Program-made: the position numbers and the translations under genes
Shown here: in pieces, positions 10,831-38,800 of the stretch
Position numbering within the stretch: position 1 is the first letter of the stretch
How the letters are laid out: the number at the start of each line of letters is the position of its first letter
Assembly (NCBI RefSeq): GCF_032444005.1
Contig: NC_091288.1
Location: 206,522,001-206,586,000 of the forward strand
Direction of reading: 5' to 3'
From: Ranitomeya imitator
Lineage: Eukaryota
Length of the DNA stretch: 64,000 nucleotides
The notes under the pieces: generated by a model
Seen by the model: the letters and a program-made list of their open reading frames with translations, nothing else
What the model was told of the DNA's origin: nothing
Databases searched by the model: none

Positions 10831-13800
10831 CGCGACTGAAGGAGACGCCGCTCTGCCTCCTTTATAAAGACTGACCTTGTTTCCCGTAGCAACCTATCAG
10901 AGCGCAGCTTATAGTTGTACTGAATTGAAAGCTGCGCTCTGATTGGCAGCACTGGGTAACTAGGACAGTTGTCTCTTGAAACTGATTTTTGATTGGTTGC
11001 TATGGGTTACTGGAGCAGGGTTCTGTTAAATCTGAGCTGGGATTGGTTGCTATGGTAACTAGGGCAGGTTTCTGTTAAAACTAAGCTGGGATTGGTTGCT
11101 ATGGTAACTAGGGCAGCTTTTCCCGTTAACGTAGGTCTTATAAACGAGGCGCTATAGAAATGTCACAATGTCTGACTGACACTGGCCACAATTGAATGGA
11201 AAAATGCCGTCAGTTACGTCAGACGTGTCAGTTTCCCACTGAAAAGATATTGGGCCGTGTTGAATTGGGTAAAGTTTAATCAAGCTTTAGAATTTTCACA
11301 CCACAAAAATAAAATAACTGATTGTGACAGAGGAGGAAATGTCTCCGTCCCGTCCGGGCGCTGTTGTGTCACCGTCGCTCGGCTCGTTACTTCACATCTT
11401 GTGCATGACTGGTGGCCGGTGACACATGGAAACACGACGGCGTCTCTGTGTCCGGTTATATCACCCTGTTCACACTTGCATACAATCACAGACGACACCC
11501 GCGGGGCCGGAGCCGGCACCCGACAACGGCCCAGATCTCTCTGTGTGTTCATTGCTGGACTTATTGCTTCCTCTTTTGGTTCTGGTGGAACATGACCGCT
11601 GCAGCCTATCGGAGACTGCCTGCAGCGGTCACGAGGAAGCCTACGGGAGTCACAGGCAGCACTGGAGGAATGGCAATAGTCACATTGATGAGAATGGTTT
11701 ATTTCTCAGCGCCCTGGGCCAGATCTTCAGGTAAAAATGAGTCTAGGACGACCCCTGTGAGCCGCCACGCACTAGAGATTTAGGCCGATTTAGACAAAGT
11801 GCGTTCATCCATCAGCAGCGCCTTTTCTTGGCTCAAACCAGCGTCACAGATGGAGCCGATGGCAGATATGTTCGATCTTTTCCCGCTTGGTGATCTAATT
11901 GACTTATAGGGATTGGTGTTGAACAACAGATCTATATTCCGTCAGCCGAAGACCGGGCTGTAATAAAGACTGAGCCGTCGGTTTCTCTAGATTGACCACT
12001 AGATTGTGGTATTGTCATCCAAGATGGCGACCTTCACTGGACGAGATTTTCAGAAATCTGTCTGAGGTCCCTAATGTGCGTCCAGCATTATCTTGGCCTA
12101 ATGTGATAATCCGTGTCAACATAACTGTATGATCCTTTATACAAGTTAAACTCAATGTCTGCCCACTAGCCAAATTGACAGCTCAGTGCCCCTCCTCCCA
12201 GCTGCTGAATCTGTCAACATTGCCTGATTGACAGCTCCTCAGTGCTCCTCCTCCCTACTGCAGAATATCCAGCCATCTAGCATGATTGACAGCTCCTCAG
12301 TGCCCCTCCTCTCTGCTGCGGAATCTCCACCCACCTTATCCTGATGGACAGCTCCTCAGTGCCCCTCCTCTCTGCTGCGGAATCTCCAGCCATCATGATT
12401 CACAGCTCTTCTGTGCTGCAGAATAGAATATCCAGCCATCTAGCATGATTGACAGATCCTCAGTGCCCCTCCTTCCAGCTGCTGAATCTGTCAACATTGC
12501 CTGATTGACCGCTCCTCAGTGCCCCTCCTCCCTACTGCAGAACATCCAGCCATCTAGCATGATTGACAGCTCCTCAGTGCTCCTCCATGAAGCAGAATCC
12601 CCACCCACCTTATCCTGATGGACAGCTCCTCAGTGCCCCTCCTCTCTGCTGCAGAATCTCCAGCCATCATCATTGACAGCTCCTCTGTGCTGCAGAATAG
12701 AATATCCAGCCATCTAGCATGATTGACAGATCCTCAGTGTCCCTCCTCCCAGCTGCGGAATCTCCATGCACCTTAGCCTGATTGACAGCTCCTCAGTGCC
12801 CCTCCTCCCTGCTGCAGAATATCCACCCACCTTAGCATAATTGACTGCTCCTCAGTGCCCCTCCTCCCTGCTGCATAATCTCCACCCACCTTAGCTTAAT
12901 TGACAGCTCAGAGTCCCTCCTCCCTCCTGCAGTCTCTCCACCCACCCACCTGATTTACAGCTCCTCAGCGCCCCTCTTCCCTGCTGCGTAATCTTCACCC
13001 ACCCACCTGATTGACAGCTCCTCAGTGCCCCTAATTTCTGCTGCTGAATCTCTGCCCACCTTAGCCCAATTGACAGCTCCTCAGTGCCCCTCCTCCCTGC
13101 TGCAGAATACCCACCTTAGCCTGATTGACAACTCCTCAGTGCCCCTCATCCCTTCTGCTGAATCTCCACCCACCTTAGCCTGATTGACAGCTCCTCAGTG
13201 CCCCTCCTCCCTGCTGCGGAATCTCCAGCCACCCACCTGATTGACAGCTCCTGAGTGTCCCCTCTCCCTGCTGCGAAATTTCCACCCACATTAGCCTGAT
13301 TGACAGCTCCTCAGTGCCCCTCATCCCTTCTGCTGAATATCCACCCACCATAGCCTGATTGACAGATCCTCAGTGCCCCTCCTCCCTGCTGCGGACCCTC
13401 CACCCACCTTAGCCTGATTGACAGCTCCTCAGTGCCCCTCCTCACTGCTGCAGAATATCCACCCACCTTTTCTTTAGAAACGCTCAGACTTTTTATCAGT
13501 TGTCCTTCTGTTTTTTAGGAACCGGCTGCATGGTGCGAGCAGTGGAAACTGCAGCTCATCGCAAAGCCCAGGTCATCGGGAAGCCCAACTCCTTCCTCTA
13601 CGACTGCGTAGTCAAAGAATGTGGCTTGGATCCGTCAAGGACTGTGATGGTGGGAGATCGCCTGGACACAGACATTCAGATGGGCTCCACCTGCGGGATC
13701 CGAACACTCCTGACCCTGACCGGATTCTCCAGCCTGGAGGAGGCAAAGTCCCACCAAGAAAACGGCTCCCTCTCCTTGGTCCCGGACTTCTACGTGGACT

Positions 13801-13844
13801 CTGTGGCCGACCTGCTTCCGGCACTGTCTCCTGCTGATCAGTGA
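10224..13844 (+). CDS. PGP: Phosphoglycolate / glycerol-3-phosphate phosphatase (HAD class IIA), 306 aa
   Basis: Exon 1 is 10224-10818 (donor G|GTACTG) and exon 2 is 13519-13844 (acceptor TTTTTTAG|GA). Total 921 nt, in frame. HAD motif I DCDGVLW, TNNSTK, GKP and motif [10 protein letters not shown] are present. Adjacency to BRICD5 and MLST8 matches the known human cluster and favours PGP over PDXP. Confidence 0.95.
12170..13470. repeat. Degenerate minisatellite of about 59 bp in the PGP intron
   Basis: Unit TTGACAGCTCCTCAGTGCCCCTCCTCCCTGCTGCAGAATCTCCACCCACCTTAGCCTGA; TTGACAG at 13359 and 13418. Confidence 0.9.
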
Positions 13845-14649
13845 CCGCTTGCACCAGAAGGAACGGTTCCATCAACTGCAGCAGAATTTACATAGAATGA
13901 AAAATTATATCTGTATTATTTATTTTATAAAATATTGAAATATTTTACAGAATCTGCGTTCAATTTCAGCTCATTGTTTTGGCAGGGAAGGGGGGTGGGA
14001 ACAAGACCCTTACAGGATAGATTACACGCATACTATAGCTTTTGGTCCCATCACATCCATAGCGATGGACTTCCGCTACGATGAAAGACAACCCCATACT
14101 TCCTGCTCACTGCAGATAGACATGACCGCTGCAGCCAATCACTTTGGTCACTTATAGCCAGTGACTGGATGCCGCAGTCAAACAGGAAAATTGGTGACTG
14201 ATGGAGGACCTAGCTGGCCTTGAAGGCGGAATATCAAGGGGCATTCTTAGTGCTGTAAGGGCTATTTATGATAGGTTGGGGTCCCCACCTGTAGGGCAAC
14301 TGGGGACCCCTGTTCTACAATGGTTGCAGCTGTATTTAGAAGGGGGGGGGGTGACAAAATGCAGAGCTGCGGTGTAGGTGTTCATCACCCTCCATAATAA
14401 GGAGCTATGGAAAAAGCAGAGAGGTGAGAACTATCACATTAGGAATACTTTGGTAACCCTTCCAATACTTTGGGCTAGCTTTGCACATGTTGCCAGCAGA
14501 AAGAGTTCAGTCCTCTAAAGTTTGGGGTATAAAGAAATTTAAGTTTGCAGGATCACATGTTCGCAAACACCTCATTTAAAGGAACCATATTCTTTTTAAA
14601 TAGAATACAAATAACTTGTACAATTTACATTGTTCTGTACATTGAGCAT

Positions 14650-15980
14650 GCATAGAGTGTGCATAAAGTGAGTGTGCATAAAGTGAGTGTGCATAGTGAG
14701 CATGCATTGTGTGAGTGCATAGAGTGAGCATGCATTGTGTGAGTGCATAGAGTGAGCATGCATTGTGTGTGCATTGTGTGAGCGTGCATAGAGTGAGCAT
14801 GCATTGTGTGTGCGTGCATAGTGAGCATGCATTGTGTGTGTGCATAGAGTGAGCATGCATTGTGTGAGTGCATAGAGTGAGCATGCATTGTGTGTGTGCA
14901 TTGTGTGCGCATGCATAGAGTGAGCATGCATTGTGTGTGCGTGCATAGAGGGAGCATGCATTGTGTGTGCGTGCATAGAGTGAGCATGCATTGTGTGTGC
15001 GTGCATAGAGTGAGCATGCATTGTGTGAGTGCATAGAGTGAGCATGCATTGTGTGTGTGCATTGTGTGCGCATGCATAGAGTGAGCATGCATTGTGTGTG
15101 CGTGCATAGAGTGAGCATGCATTGTGTGTGCGTGCATAGAGTGAGCATGCATTGTGTGTGCGTGCATAGAGTGAGCATGCATTGTGTGTGCGTGCATAGA
15201 GTGAGCATGCATTGTGTGTGCATTGTGTGAGCGTGCATAGAGTGAGCATGCATTGTGTGTGCGTGCATAGTGAGCATGCATTGTGTGTGTGCATAGAGTG
15301 AGCATGCATTGTGTGAGTGCATAGAGTGAGCATGCATTGTGTGTGTGCATTGTGTGCGCATGCATAGAGTGAGCATGCATTGTGTGTGCGTGCATAGAGT
15401 GAGCATGCATTGTGTGTGCGTGCATAGAGTGAGCATGCATTGTGTGTGTGCATAGAGTGAGCATGCATTGTGTGAGTGCATAGAGTGAGCATGCATTGTG
15501 TGTGTGCATTGTGTGCGCATGCATAGAGTGAGCATGCATTGTGTGTGCGTGCATAGAGTGAGCATGCATTGTGTGTGCGTGCATAGAGTGAGCATGCATT
15601 GTGTGTGCGTGCATAGAGTGAGCATGCATTGTGTGAGTGTGCATCGTGTGAACGTGCATAGAGTGAGCATGCATTGTGTGTGCGTGCATAGAGTGAGCAT
15701 GCATTGTGTGAGTGTGCATCGTGTGAACGTGCATAGAGTGAGCATGCATTGTGTGTGCGTGCATAGAGTGAGCATGCATTGTGTGAGTGTGCATAGAGTG
15801 AGCATGCATTGTGTGAGTGCATCGTGTGAGCGTGCATAGAGTGAGCATGCATTGTGTGTGCGTGCATAATGTGAGTGTATAGAGTGATCATGCATTGTGT
15901 GAGTGTGCATAGAGTGAGCATGCATTGTGTGAGTGTGCATCGTGTGAGCGTGCATAGAGTGAGTATGCTTAGCGTGAGCA
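14650..15980. repeat. 30-bp minisatellite
   Basis: Unit GTGCATAGAGTGAGCATGCATTGTGTGTGC. It gives the 10-aa periodic ORFs (MHAHSMHAHT) in three minus frames. Confidence 0.95.
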
Positions 15981-16319
15981 TGTGCTGTTCTGCTGGATGT
16001 CATAGGAAATGTAGTTCTCTCTGCTGAGGCTGTAGGAGCTGCCATTCTGCTGCCTCTGTCTTCACCTGCAAGTGTGACTGTGGGACAGAGGAGATGGGTG
16101 AAGGGTTAGTGATCACTTTCAATAATTAGTCTTTGTATTTCCAGACCTTTGATAATGTGGTAAATAAACAAATCGGGAAATCAATTAAATTATAAATATT
16201 AACCTATCACCCCCCAAAAAAAAATCTGTACAGAGCATCATCTACTACTAGATGTGTCCCAACCTGCTGTCCACTGCCTGTTGTCAAGTGTAATCCTTCT
16301 TTAGCAGCAGAGAAGAGAA

Positions 16320-17580
16320 ATATATATCTACAGGAAGTGGGGGCTGCTCTATATCTACAAGATGTATGGGCAGGTCTATGGCTGTACAGGAAGAGGGGGC
16401 GGGTCTATATATCTGCAGGAAGTGTGTGGGGGGAGGCTATATCTGTACAGGAAGTGGGGGCAGGTCTATAATCTGTACAGGAAGTGGGGCGGGTCTATAT
16501 AAGATGTAGGGGTGGGTCTATAGCTGTACAGGAACTGGGGTTTGGTCTATAGCTGTATAGGAACTAGGGGTGGGTCTATATACAGGAAATGGGGGCGGGT
16601 CTTCATCAACAGGAAGTGGAGGCATGTCTATATCGCTACAAGAAGTGGGGGCGGGTTTATATATCTACAGGAAGAGAGGGTGGCTCTATATCTCTACAGG
16701 AAATGGGGGTGGGTTTATATCAACAGGAAGTGGGGGCGGGACTATGTCTTTACAGGAAGTGCGGGCATGTCTTGGTCTCTAGAGGAAGTGGGTCTATCTA
16801 CAGGAAGTTATGGCGAGTCTATACAGGAAGTGGGGGCGGGTCTATATCTCTACAGGAAGTCTGGGCGGGTCTATATTTCTACAGGAAGTGGGGTGGGTCT
16901 ATATCTCTACAGTTAGTGGTGGCGGGTCTATATCTCTACAGGAAGTGCAGGCAGGTCTTGGTCTCTCTCCAGGAAGTGGTGGGTCTATATCTCTACAGGA
17001 TGTGAAGTCGGGTCTATATCTCTACAGAAAGTGGGGGTGGGTCTATATCTCTACAGAAAGGGGCGGGTCTATATCTCTACAGGAAGTGGGGGCGGGGCTA
17101 TAGAGGAAGTGGGGGTGGGTCTATATCTACAAGAAGTAGGGGCGGATCTAAATCTACAGGAAGTGGAGGCAAATCTATATTTACAGGAAGTGGGGGTGGG
17201 CCTTTACAGGAAGTGCAGGCGGATCTATATCTCTACAAGAAGTAGGGATGGGTCTATATCTCTACAGGAAGTTGAGGCGGGTCTATATCTTAAGGAAGTG
17301 GAGGCAGGTCTATATTTACAGGAAGAGGAGGCGGGTCTATATTTACAGGAAGTGGGAGCAGGTCTATGTCTCTACAGGAAGTACGGGCAGGTCTTGGTCT
17401 CTCTACAGGACGAGGTGGGTCTATATCTATAGGGAAGTGGGGCGGGACTATACAGGAAGTGCAGGCGGGACTATATCTCTACTGGAAGTGCGTGCGGGTC
17501 TTTTTTCTCTATAGGAAGTGGTGGGTCTATATCTCTACAGGAAGTGAAGGCAGGTCTATATCTACAGGAAGTGGGTGCGG
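16320..17580 (+). repeat. Degenerate minisatellite of about 29 bp (ACAGGAAGTGGGGGCGGGTCTATATCTCT)
   Basis: Dozens of ACAGGAAGTG and GGGGCGGG cores at roughly 29-bp spacing. Confidence 0.9.
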
Positions 17581-17859
17581 GTCAGATTGGGTACTTGGGT
17601 AGAGCCTGACTAGGAAAACCTGAAGTAGCGTCATGTTAGGTGTGATGGGCAGCCACAAGGATTTGCTTTATCCTATGTCTCAAGACAGTGTCAGACTGAG
17701 ATGCCAAGGGCCCACCAGTAACCAAGGCCAGGAGCCACTTAACTACATGTGAATGTGACATTATCCTCAATCACAAATGTATATAACAATGATCTGGGGA
17801 GATTGTGACATGAATACGATGCCGCCATTGTCTGTACAGAGTGATACAAGTATATTGTG

Positions 17860-18690
17860 CCAAGTACTGCTCATATACCACTCCTGCACAGCGACCCACA
17901 GGAGGATTCTCCCACTCTCCTGTGGGCCAGTCCAAGCCTGTACTCAAGATATAGTAAGGGGCCTGACGTTCACCTCTCGGAGAGGTCGGGCGCAGATCTC
18001 CGCAGCTGTCAATCCAGGTTGGATCTGGCCGCCCTTCATATACCACTCCTGCACAGAGGCCCACCGGAGGATTCTCCCGCTCTCCTGTGGGCCAGTCCAA
18101 GCCTGTACTCAAGATATAGTAACGGGCCTGACATTCACCTCTCGGAGAGGTCGGGCGCCGATCTACGGAGCTGTCAGTCCAGGTTGGATCTGGCCGCCCT
18201 TCATATACCACTCCTGCACAGCAGCCCACCTGAGGATTCTCCCGCTCTCCTGTGGGCCAGTCCAAGCCTGTACTCAAGATATAGTAACGGGCCTGACGAT
18301 CACCTCTCGGAGAGGTCGGGCGCCGATCTCCGCAGCTGTCAGTCCAGGTTGGATCTGGCCGCCCTTCATATACCACTCCTGCACAGAGGCCCACTGGAGG
18401 ATTCTCCCGCTCTCCTGTGGGCCAGTCCAAGCCTGTACTCAAGATATAGTAACGGGCCTGACATTCACCTCTCGGAGAGGTCGGGCGCCGATCTACGGAG
18501 CTGTCAGTCCAGGTTGGATCTGGCCGCCCTTCATATACCACTCCTGCACAGCAGCCCACCTGAGGATTCTCCCGCTCTCCTGTGGGCCAGTCCAAGCCTG
18601 TACTCAAGATATAGTAACGGGCCTGACGATCACCTCTCGGAGAGCTCGGGCGCAGATCTCCACAGTTGTCAGTCCAGGTCGGATCCGGCC
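17860..18690. repeat. 165-bp tandem repeat, about 5 copies, with alternating A/B variants
   Basis: CATATACC anchor at 17872, 18037, 18202, 18367 and 18532 (period 165). Confidence 0.95.
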
Positions 18691-20500
18691 GCCTTTCACG
18701 GTAGGTGACCCTTGTGTTACCGCCTGGCAGGTGGCCCAGTAGGGTCTGTCCTAGTCCTTGAAGTCGTCTTTCTTCCCGTCTGTCCCCGCTTTCCTGCACA
18801 CTGTGTCTTTTGTGACTTGCTGAGAGGCAGGAATGTGTGCACTTGGCGTCCTCTCCATCCTGCCACCGATAAGGCCTTTTTTTTGCCTTTTCCCCCCTTA
18901 GTACAAAGCCCGGGTTTGTGTTTCCATCTCACTGCCTCCAGTTCCAGGGGGGCTCATTCTTTTCTTGTCTTCCAGTTTCTCATCACAGCCCGGCCATTGT
19001 TAGATTCCTGCCTCTCGAGTTTCTCAGGTGGAGCCTGGCGGAGAAGGTGGCTCTGGAGGTGCTAGCTGCCCGGGTGCTGATGGACGCGCCCTTCACCCCT
19101 CGCCGTCCCTGGACCACGCACAATCTGCACATTGCAAGGACTGGCAGAGATTGGGACCGCAGCACAGCATGGAGGGGAGCGCAGACTCAACGGTAAGAGC
19201 GCCGGCGCTTTATTGGCCAAATTTCGGGGACAGTCATGTGACCTTATAATAAAAGGGGGGGACTAATTAGCAAATTCCTGGGTGTTTTTTTGGTATTTCT
19301 TCTGTTCACAAACTTTTTTTTATGTTTTTTTTTGCCACCAATTTATTACATTATATTTTTTTTTTAATATCTAGTAATTTAGATTTTTAAAATATTTAAC
19401 CATTTATAACATATTTCCATATACTGTCGCCCCCCCCGGACCTTCTTTTTGGTCATTTTTTTGGGTGGGCAGCCCAATTTAATAATTAGCAAAGAACAGG
19501 GTTCAGTGATTTGGAGGATGGGAAGGAGATTTTCTAGGGTTCCAATGATAATAAAAAAATTGCTAAAGTTTTCTGACATGATGGACAAGTACAGAGACAT
19601 TTCCCTACGACTACATTCACACATCCATGTCCATTTTTTCTACATTTAACCATTTTTCTCTCGTTTCTGCTATTTTTCTCATCTGTATATAAAAACTGAA
19701 GCAGGTAGACCTCATATCGTGTTTTTTTTTTAAATTTTATTATTATGCATTGACTCATAGCAATGGATCAGAGAAAAAAAAAGGATGAAAAACTAAAGTA
19801 AGGCCGCGTTCAGACGAACTTATGGATTAAAAATCATCTGTTTTTCAGCCAGAAAAAAAAACATGTCTTAAGTTTTTCAGCCCCATAACCTCAGCCGCTG
19901 CAAAATGGATAGATGACACACGGATCTGTTTTTACATATAATCTTTTTTTTTTTAATTACCGGTACTTTTCACTTTATTTTTCAGTCCCCCTTAGGGGAC
20001 TTGAACCTGTGGTGGTTTGTACTCCATATTGACAGCAACTGTTAAAGGGGTTAAACAGCCGTGATCAGAGATAACTCCAAATTTTAAGTATATTCACAGA
20101 GGTAAATGATATTGGCTGTTCTCCCACCGCTGAGACTCTCAGCAATCCCAGGATCGTGGTAAAGAAGTGACTTGTTTAAATGGAGTATTGACTGGAAAAA
20201 AGGCAACCATGATCCATTTATTTTCTATGGGACTCTACTCTGCTTTTAGGGACCGGAAGTGGAACCAATAACCAGCTGTTAATTTGCTAAGATGGCTACC
20301 ACTAGGGGGAGCTCACTACACTCAACATGTAGACATTATGCAGAATGTTGCTTTGCTCCCTCTTGTGGTCGGAACCAGTATTAGCCCCTTTAGCGGTGGC
20401 ACTCAGGAGACGAGCCCGCGCCACTCGTCATGGGTGCCGGCTGTCATGGCTAGCACCGGACAATAAGTGACCAACACTGAATACATCTATTTTCCTCCAG

Positions 20501-35350
<14,850 letters not shown>

Positions 35351-35818
35351 GCCGAAGATACGAAAAAATATGGGCTCCTCGCAGCGCGGCCGATCCCTCC
35401 CTAGTGGATTTTGCACAAATTGTGGGAGGAGTTAGTTTCGGATTGGTCGGTGTGGTTTCCTGTTAACTCTTTGGTGACAGCTGGACTGCGCAACGTATTA
35501 CGTCTCCGACAACAGGGACGACTGATCCACAAGTCGGATGTCCCCCCCCCCCCGGTGACAGAAGTGGGGGACGATTATACACCGAGATGCCAGATTCCCG
35601 TTTGTATACTCCACCTTGTATGTGTGATTACATATTAAAAATACATCACTTTTCAGTGCAGGACTCCGGTCATTTACTGCTTTATTAGGAATCTCCTGCA
35701 GACAAATCCTCGAAATAAAGAGTCGCCTGAGGCCACAGAGTCACATCCTCCTCTGTCCGCCGTCATCTCAGGCCGAAGAGCAAAGTCTTATATTAAGTAA
35801 CACCAGATCATGATCGGA

Positions 35819-38800
35819 TTACCCCAGGACGCTGTCATTAAAAGCCAGGCTGACCACCGCCTTCTGGTGACCGCTGTACTCCCTCTTGATCTCTCCGGTC
35901 TCCACACACCAAAGCCGGGCCAGGTTATCAGACGAGGCTGGAGGAGAGAGCAGAAGGCTAAACATACATCTACAGCAGCAGAATAGTGAGCGCAGCTCTG
36001 GGGTATAACACAGGATTCAACTCAGGATCAGTAATGTAATGTACACAGTGACTGCACCAGCAGAATAGTGAGTGCAGCTCTGGAGCATAATACAGGATGT
36101 AACGCAGGATCAGTAATGTAATGTATGTACACAGTGACTGCACCAGCAGAATAGTGAGTGCAGCTCTGGAGTATAATACAGGATGTAACTCAGGATCAGT
36201 AATGTATGTACACAGTGACTGCACCAGCAGAATAGTGAGTGCAGCTCTGCGGTATAATACAGGATGTAACTCAGGATCAGGAATGTAATGTATGTACACA
36301 GTGACTACATCAGCAGAACAGTGAGTGCAGCTCTGGGGTATAATACAGGATGTAATTCAGGATCAGTAATGTAATGTATGTGCACAGTGACTGCACCAGC
36401 AGAATAGTGAGTGCAGCTCTGGAGTATAATACAGGATGTAATTCAGGATCAGTAATGTAATGTATGTGCACAGTGACTGCACCAGCAGAATAGTGAGTGC
36501 AGCTCTGGGGTATAATACAGGATGTAACTCAGGATCAGTAATGTAATGTATGTGCACAGTGACTGCACCAGCAGAATAGTGAGTGCAGCTCTGGGGTATA
36601 ATACAGGATGTAACTCAGGATCAGTAATGTAATGTATGTACACAGTGACTGCACCAGCAGAATAGTAAGTGCAGCTCTGGGGTATAATACAGGATGTAAC
36701 TCAGGATCAGTAATGTAATGTATGTGCACAGTGACTGCACCAGCAGAATAGTGAGTGCAGCTCTGGGGTATAATACAGGATGTAACTCAGGATCAGTAAT
36801 GTAATGTATGTACACAGTGACTGCACCAGCAGAATAGTGAGTGCAGCTCTGGAGTATAATACAGGACGTAACTCGGGATCAGTAATGTAATGTATGTACA
36901 CAGTGACTGCACCAGCAGAATAGTGAGTGCAGCTCTGGAGTATAATACAGGACGTAACTCAGGATCAGTAATGTAATGTATGTACACAGTGACTGCACCA
37001 GCAGAATAGTGAGTGCAGCTCTGGAGTATAATACAGGATGTAACTCAGGATCAGTAATGTAATGTATGTACACAGTGACTACACCAGCAGAATAGTAAGT
37101 GCAGCTCTGTAGTATAATACAGGATGTAACTCAGGATCAGTAATGTAATGTATGTACACAGTGACTGCACCAGCAGAATAGTGAGTGCAGCTCTGGGGTA
37201 TAGTGTAGGATGTAACCTTCTATGGTGGGGTAAATATATAAGAACACTCTTCATACCTGTTACAATGTACTGCGAGTCCCCTGAGAAGGCGCAGTCCCAC
37301 ATCCAGCCCCGTGACGTCTCTCCTGGGTTATTACTCTTGATGCTCAGCTCTGTCATCAGAGAGAAGTTGGATGTCCTCCATATTTTGCAGGTCTGGTCGG
37401 CAGAACACGTGGCCAGGAGTCTGGAAGGGTAAAGGGGGTCACATCACACATTTGTATTATGACCGCAGATGACATAGGTGCATGTTCACACTGGGAGTCG
37501 GGACGTCGTTCTGTGCGCACTCACGTGGAATCCGGGCTGAATTTACAACTGAGCGCGCAGCGACTGTGAGAAGGGATTTTCGTTTTAGGGATGAGTTGTG
37601 TGAGATCTTCCCCGAGGCCTCCGGTCAGGTTCCAGACAAAGCAATTTCCCTAAGAAGAAGTATAAAGGTTAAGAGACAATCCGCACACGTCAGCCATACC
37701 AGAAGTCTTCCTTCCTGATCCCACATACATGTGCACGCTGGGATTGGCTGAGCATGCATGTCTCCTCAGTGGGAAGTGGAAGAAGCAGCTGACAGACCCC
37801 TTACCCAAATAATGATAGGACAGGTTAAAAACAATCTGCCCGATCCTTCTCTTCCCAGTCATCTGTTGCCGGGGTCGGGGGGAGAGCTGAGAGGCCCTTC
37901 CATACACATTACATGGTGGGCTGCACATTGTGGTCCATGATAGCAAAATCAAGTGTGGCCAAAAAAACCCAGCTGGTTTGCACTGCTGAAGACCACCCCT
38001 TTAAGATTGTGGAACTATCACTATTTGGCACAACCTTAGCAAACAGTGCAGCTAAGAAATGATTTACCAGGGAGGGATAACAACAATACAATATTCTGTG
38101 TACCTAAGTGCAAAACCAAGGTGAGGACCTATGACATTGAAAGGATTTTTCCATTCGATGGCAGTAAATATCAGTGCGTCCAATTCCCGGCCACCCCGGC
38201 AGCAAGACCCCCTTTGAAATAAATAAAGGGCCGGCACCACTTCCCTGCCCAGCGGGATTATTAAAAATGGGATGTAGTTCTTCATCCCCCTTTATATCAA
38301 TGAGGGTCTCATAATCAACACGCCGGCACTCACAAAGCTGTTGACGGCGGCCATGTAACTGGCGTCTGGGTCTATGTGGACGGCGTTGACGGCTGCATCG
38401 GCCTCAGGAATAAGCTGCTCGTTGTGATCGGTTTTGAGGTCCCATATGTGAATTGCTCCGCTCTGGTCACCTACGATGAGCTCGGCCTAAAGAGAGAATT
38501 AAAAATGTATCAGAACAAATAATAATAATAAAAAAAGAAACAGGGCCAACTACGTAACATGGCCATCATCAGCTGGATACGGTGCAGACTCAGCTCCTGA
38601 GCCTGCATCATACACAGGGATCCGACGTTAGGCCAAACGTCAAGAAAGGGGTTAACATGCAAGGAACTCACTTGGTAGAACTGGGACCTACAAATGATAA
38701 CTTGCTGGGAGCCTCGATTACAAGAACGGAGCCCCTCGGCTGTCTCCACTCGTCCCATACACAATGAATGGAGCAGGGGCGCACACTCACGGCCACCGAA

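Noticed and set aside
10819-10874. C-terminal tail of ORF 10224-10874 ([17 protein letters not shown])
   Set aside because: Intron read-through past the donor at 10818/10819. The real C-terminus is in exon 2.
10176-10952. 258-aa antisense ORF over PGP exon 1 (similar antisense ORFs over the Tc1 and Gypsy ORFs)
   Set aside because: Expected shadow ORFs of GC-rich or coding sequence, with no independent signal.
17860-18690. Regularly spaced repeats resembling a CRISPR array (also the 86-bp and 59-bp arrays)
   Set aside because: There are no unique spacers, no cas genes, and the context is eukaryotic.
19169-19192. Candidate BRICD5 first exon ATG GAG GGG AGC GCA GAC TCA ACG|GTAAGA (phase 0); an alternative at 14201-14254
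   Set aside because: Both are phase-compatible but show no recognisable homology, and the first sits in repeat-like sequence. They cannot be chosen between without RNA data.
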